A DNA stretch of 64,000 nt from Squalus acanthias. Taxonomy: Eukaryota. Made by a program: the position numbers and the translations under genes. Positions 63,330 to 64,000 of this stretch are shown one piece after another; position 1 is the first letter of the stretch; each line of letters begins with the position of its first letter. A model generated the notes under the pieces. That model searched no databases, was not told the DNA's origin, and saw nothing but the letters and a program-made list of their open reading frames with translations. The DNA is taken from positions 143,408,001-143,472,000 of the forward strand of contig CM059431.1 of the NCBI GenBank assembly GCA_030390025.1, given 5' to 3'.

Positions 63330-64000
63330 AAAACCTACTTGACCTCGTCCTCACCAATCTACCTGTTGCAGATGCATCTGTGCATGACAGCATTGGCAGC
63401 AGTGACCACCGCACATTCATTGTGGAGACAAAATCCCGTCTTCACACTGAGAACTCCCTCCATCGTGTTGTGTGGCACTACCACCGTGCTAAATGGGATA
63501 GATTCAGAACAGATCTAGCAGCTCATAACTGGGCATTCCTGAGGCGCTATGGGCCATCAGCAGCAGCAGAATTGTATTCCACCACAATCTGTAACCTCAT
63601 GGCCTGGCATATCCCTCACTCTACCATTACCTGCAAGCCAGGGGACCAACCCTGGTTCAACAAGGAGTGTAGAAGGGCATGCCAGGAGCAGCACCAGGCG
63701 TACCTAAAAATGAGGTGTCAACCTGGGGATACTGCAACACAGGACTAAATTCATGCTAAAATGCAGAAGCAGCATGCTATAGACAGGGCTAAGCGATCCC
63801 ACAATCAACGGATCAGATCAAAGCTCTACAGTCCTGCCGCATCCAGTCGTGAATGGTGGTGGACCGTCAAACAACTAACGGGGGGAGGAGGCTCCATGAA
63901 TATCCCCATCCTCAATGATGGTGGAGCCCAGCACGCGAGTGCAAAATACAAGGCTGAAGTGTTCGCAACCAACTTCAGCCAGAAGTGCCGAGTGGATGAT
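63330..64000 (+). mobile_element. LINE family B, APE C-terminus/linker, running off the window
   Basis: SDHRTFIVETKSRLHTENSLHRVVWHYHRAKWDRFRTDLAA matches the inverted part of the 11393-13060 copy. Confidence 0.88.

Overview
Eukaryotic (vertebrate) genomic DNA. The LINE families and the NLR type look elasmobranch/shark-like, which is an inference. The one host gene is a minus-strand NOD-like receptor. Five coding exons (11278-11215, 8041-7875, 6160-5989, 5885-5820, 2216-443) splice in frame with canonical AG/GT sites into a CARD-like domain, a FISNA-like region, NACHT, WH/HD2 and a first LRR. The remaining LRR exons must lie left of the window. Upstream (about 28.9-51.5 kb) is a triplicated module holding putative non-coding exons, 61-bp and 40-bp minisatellites and, in two copies, a CpG-rich promoter built from tandem NRF1-type motifs. 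Most of the rest is decayed non-LTR retrotransposons: classical CR1 with an esterase ORF1, L2 fragments, and a second CR1-group family. An ~11-kb 22-bp satellite with higher-order structure occupies 51.5-62.4 kb. The most unusual element is the second LINE family. It has a tRNA-like Pol III head (A and B boxes) fused to an APE-RT frame, no ORF1, and no TTTT terminator over ~3.1 kb of its sense strand. Its best copy shows a twin-priming-type 5' inversion with a 7-bp target-site duplication.
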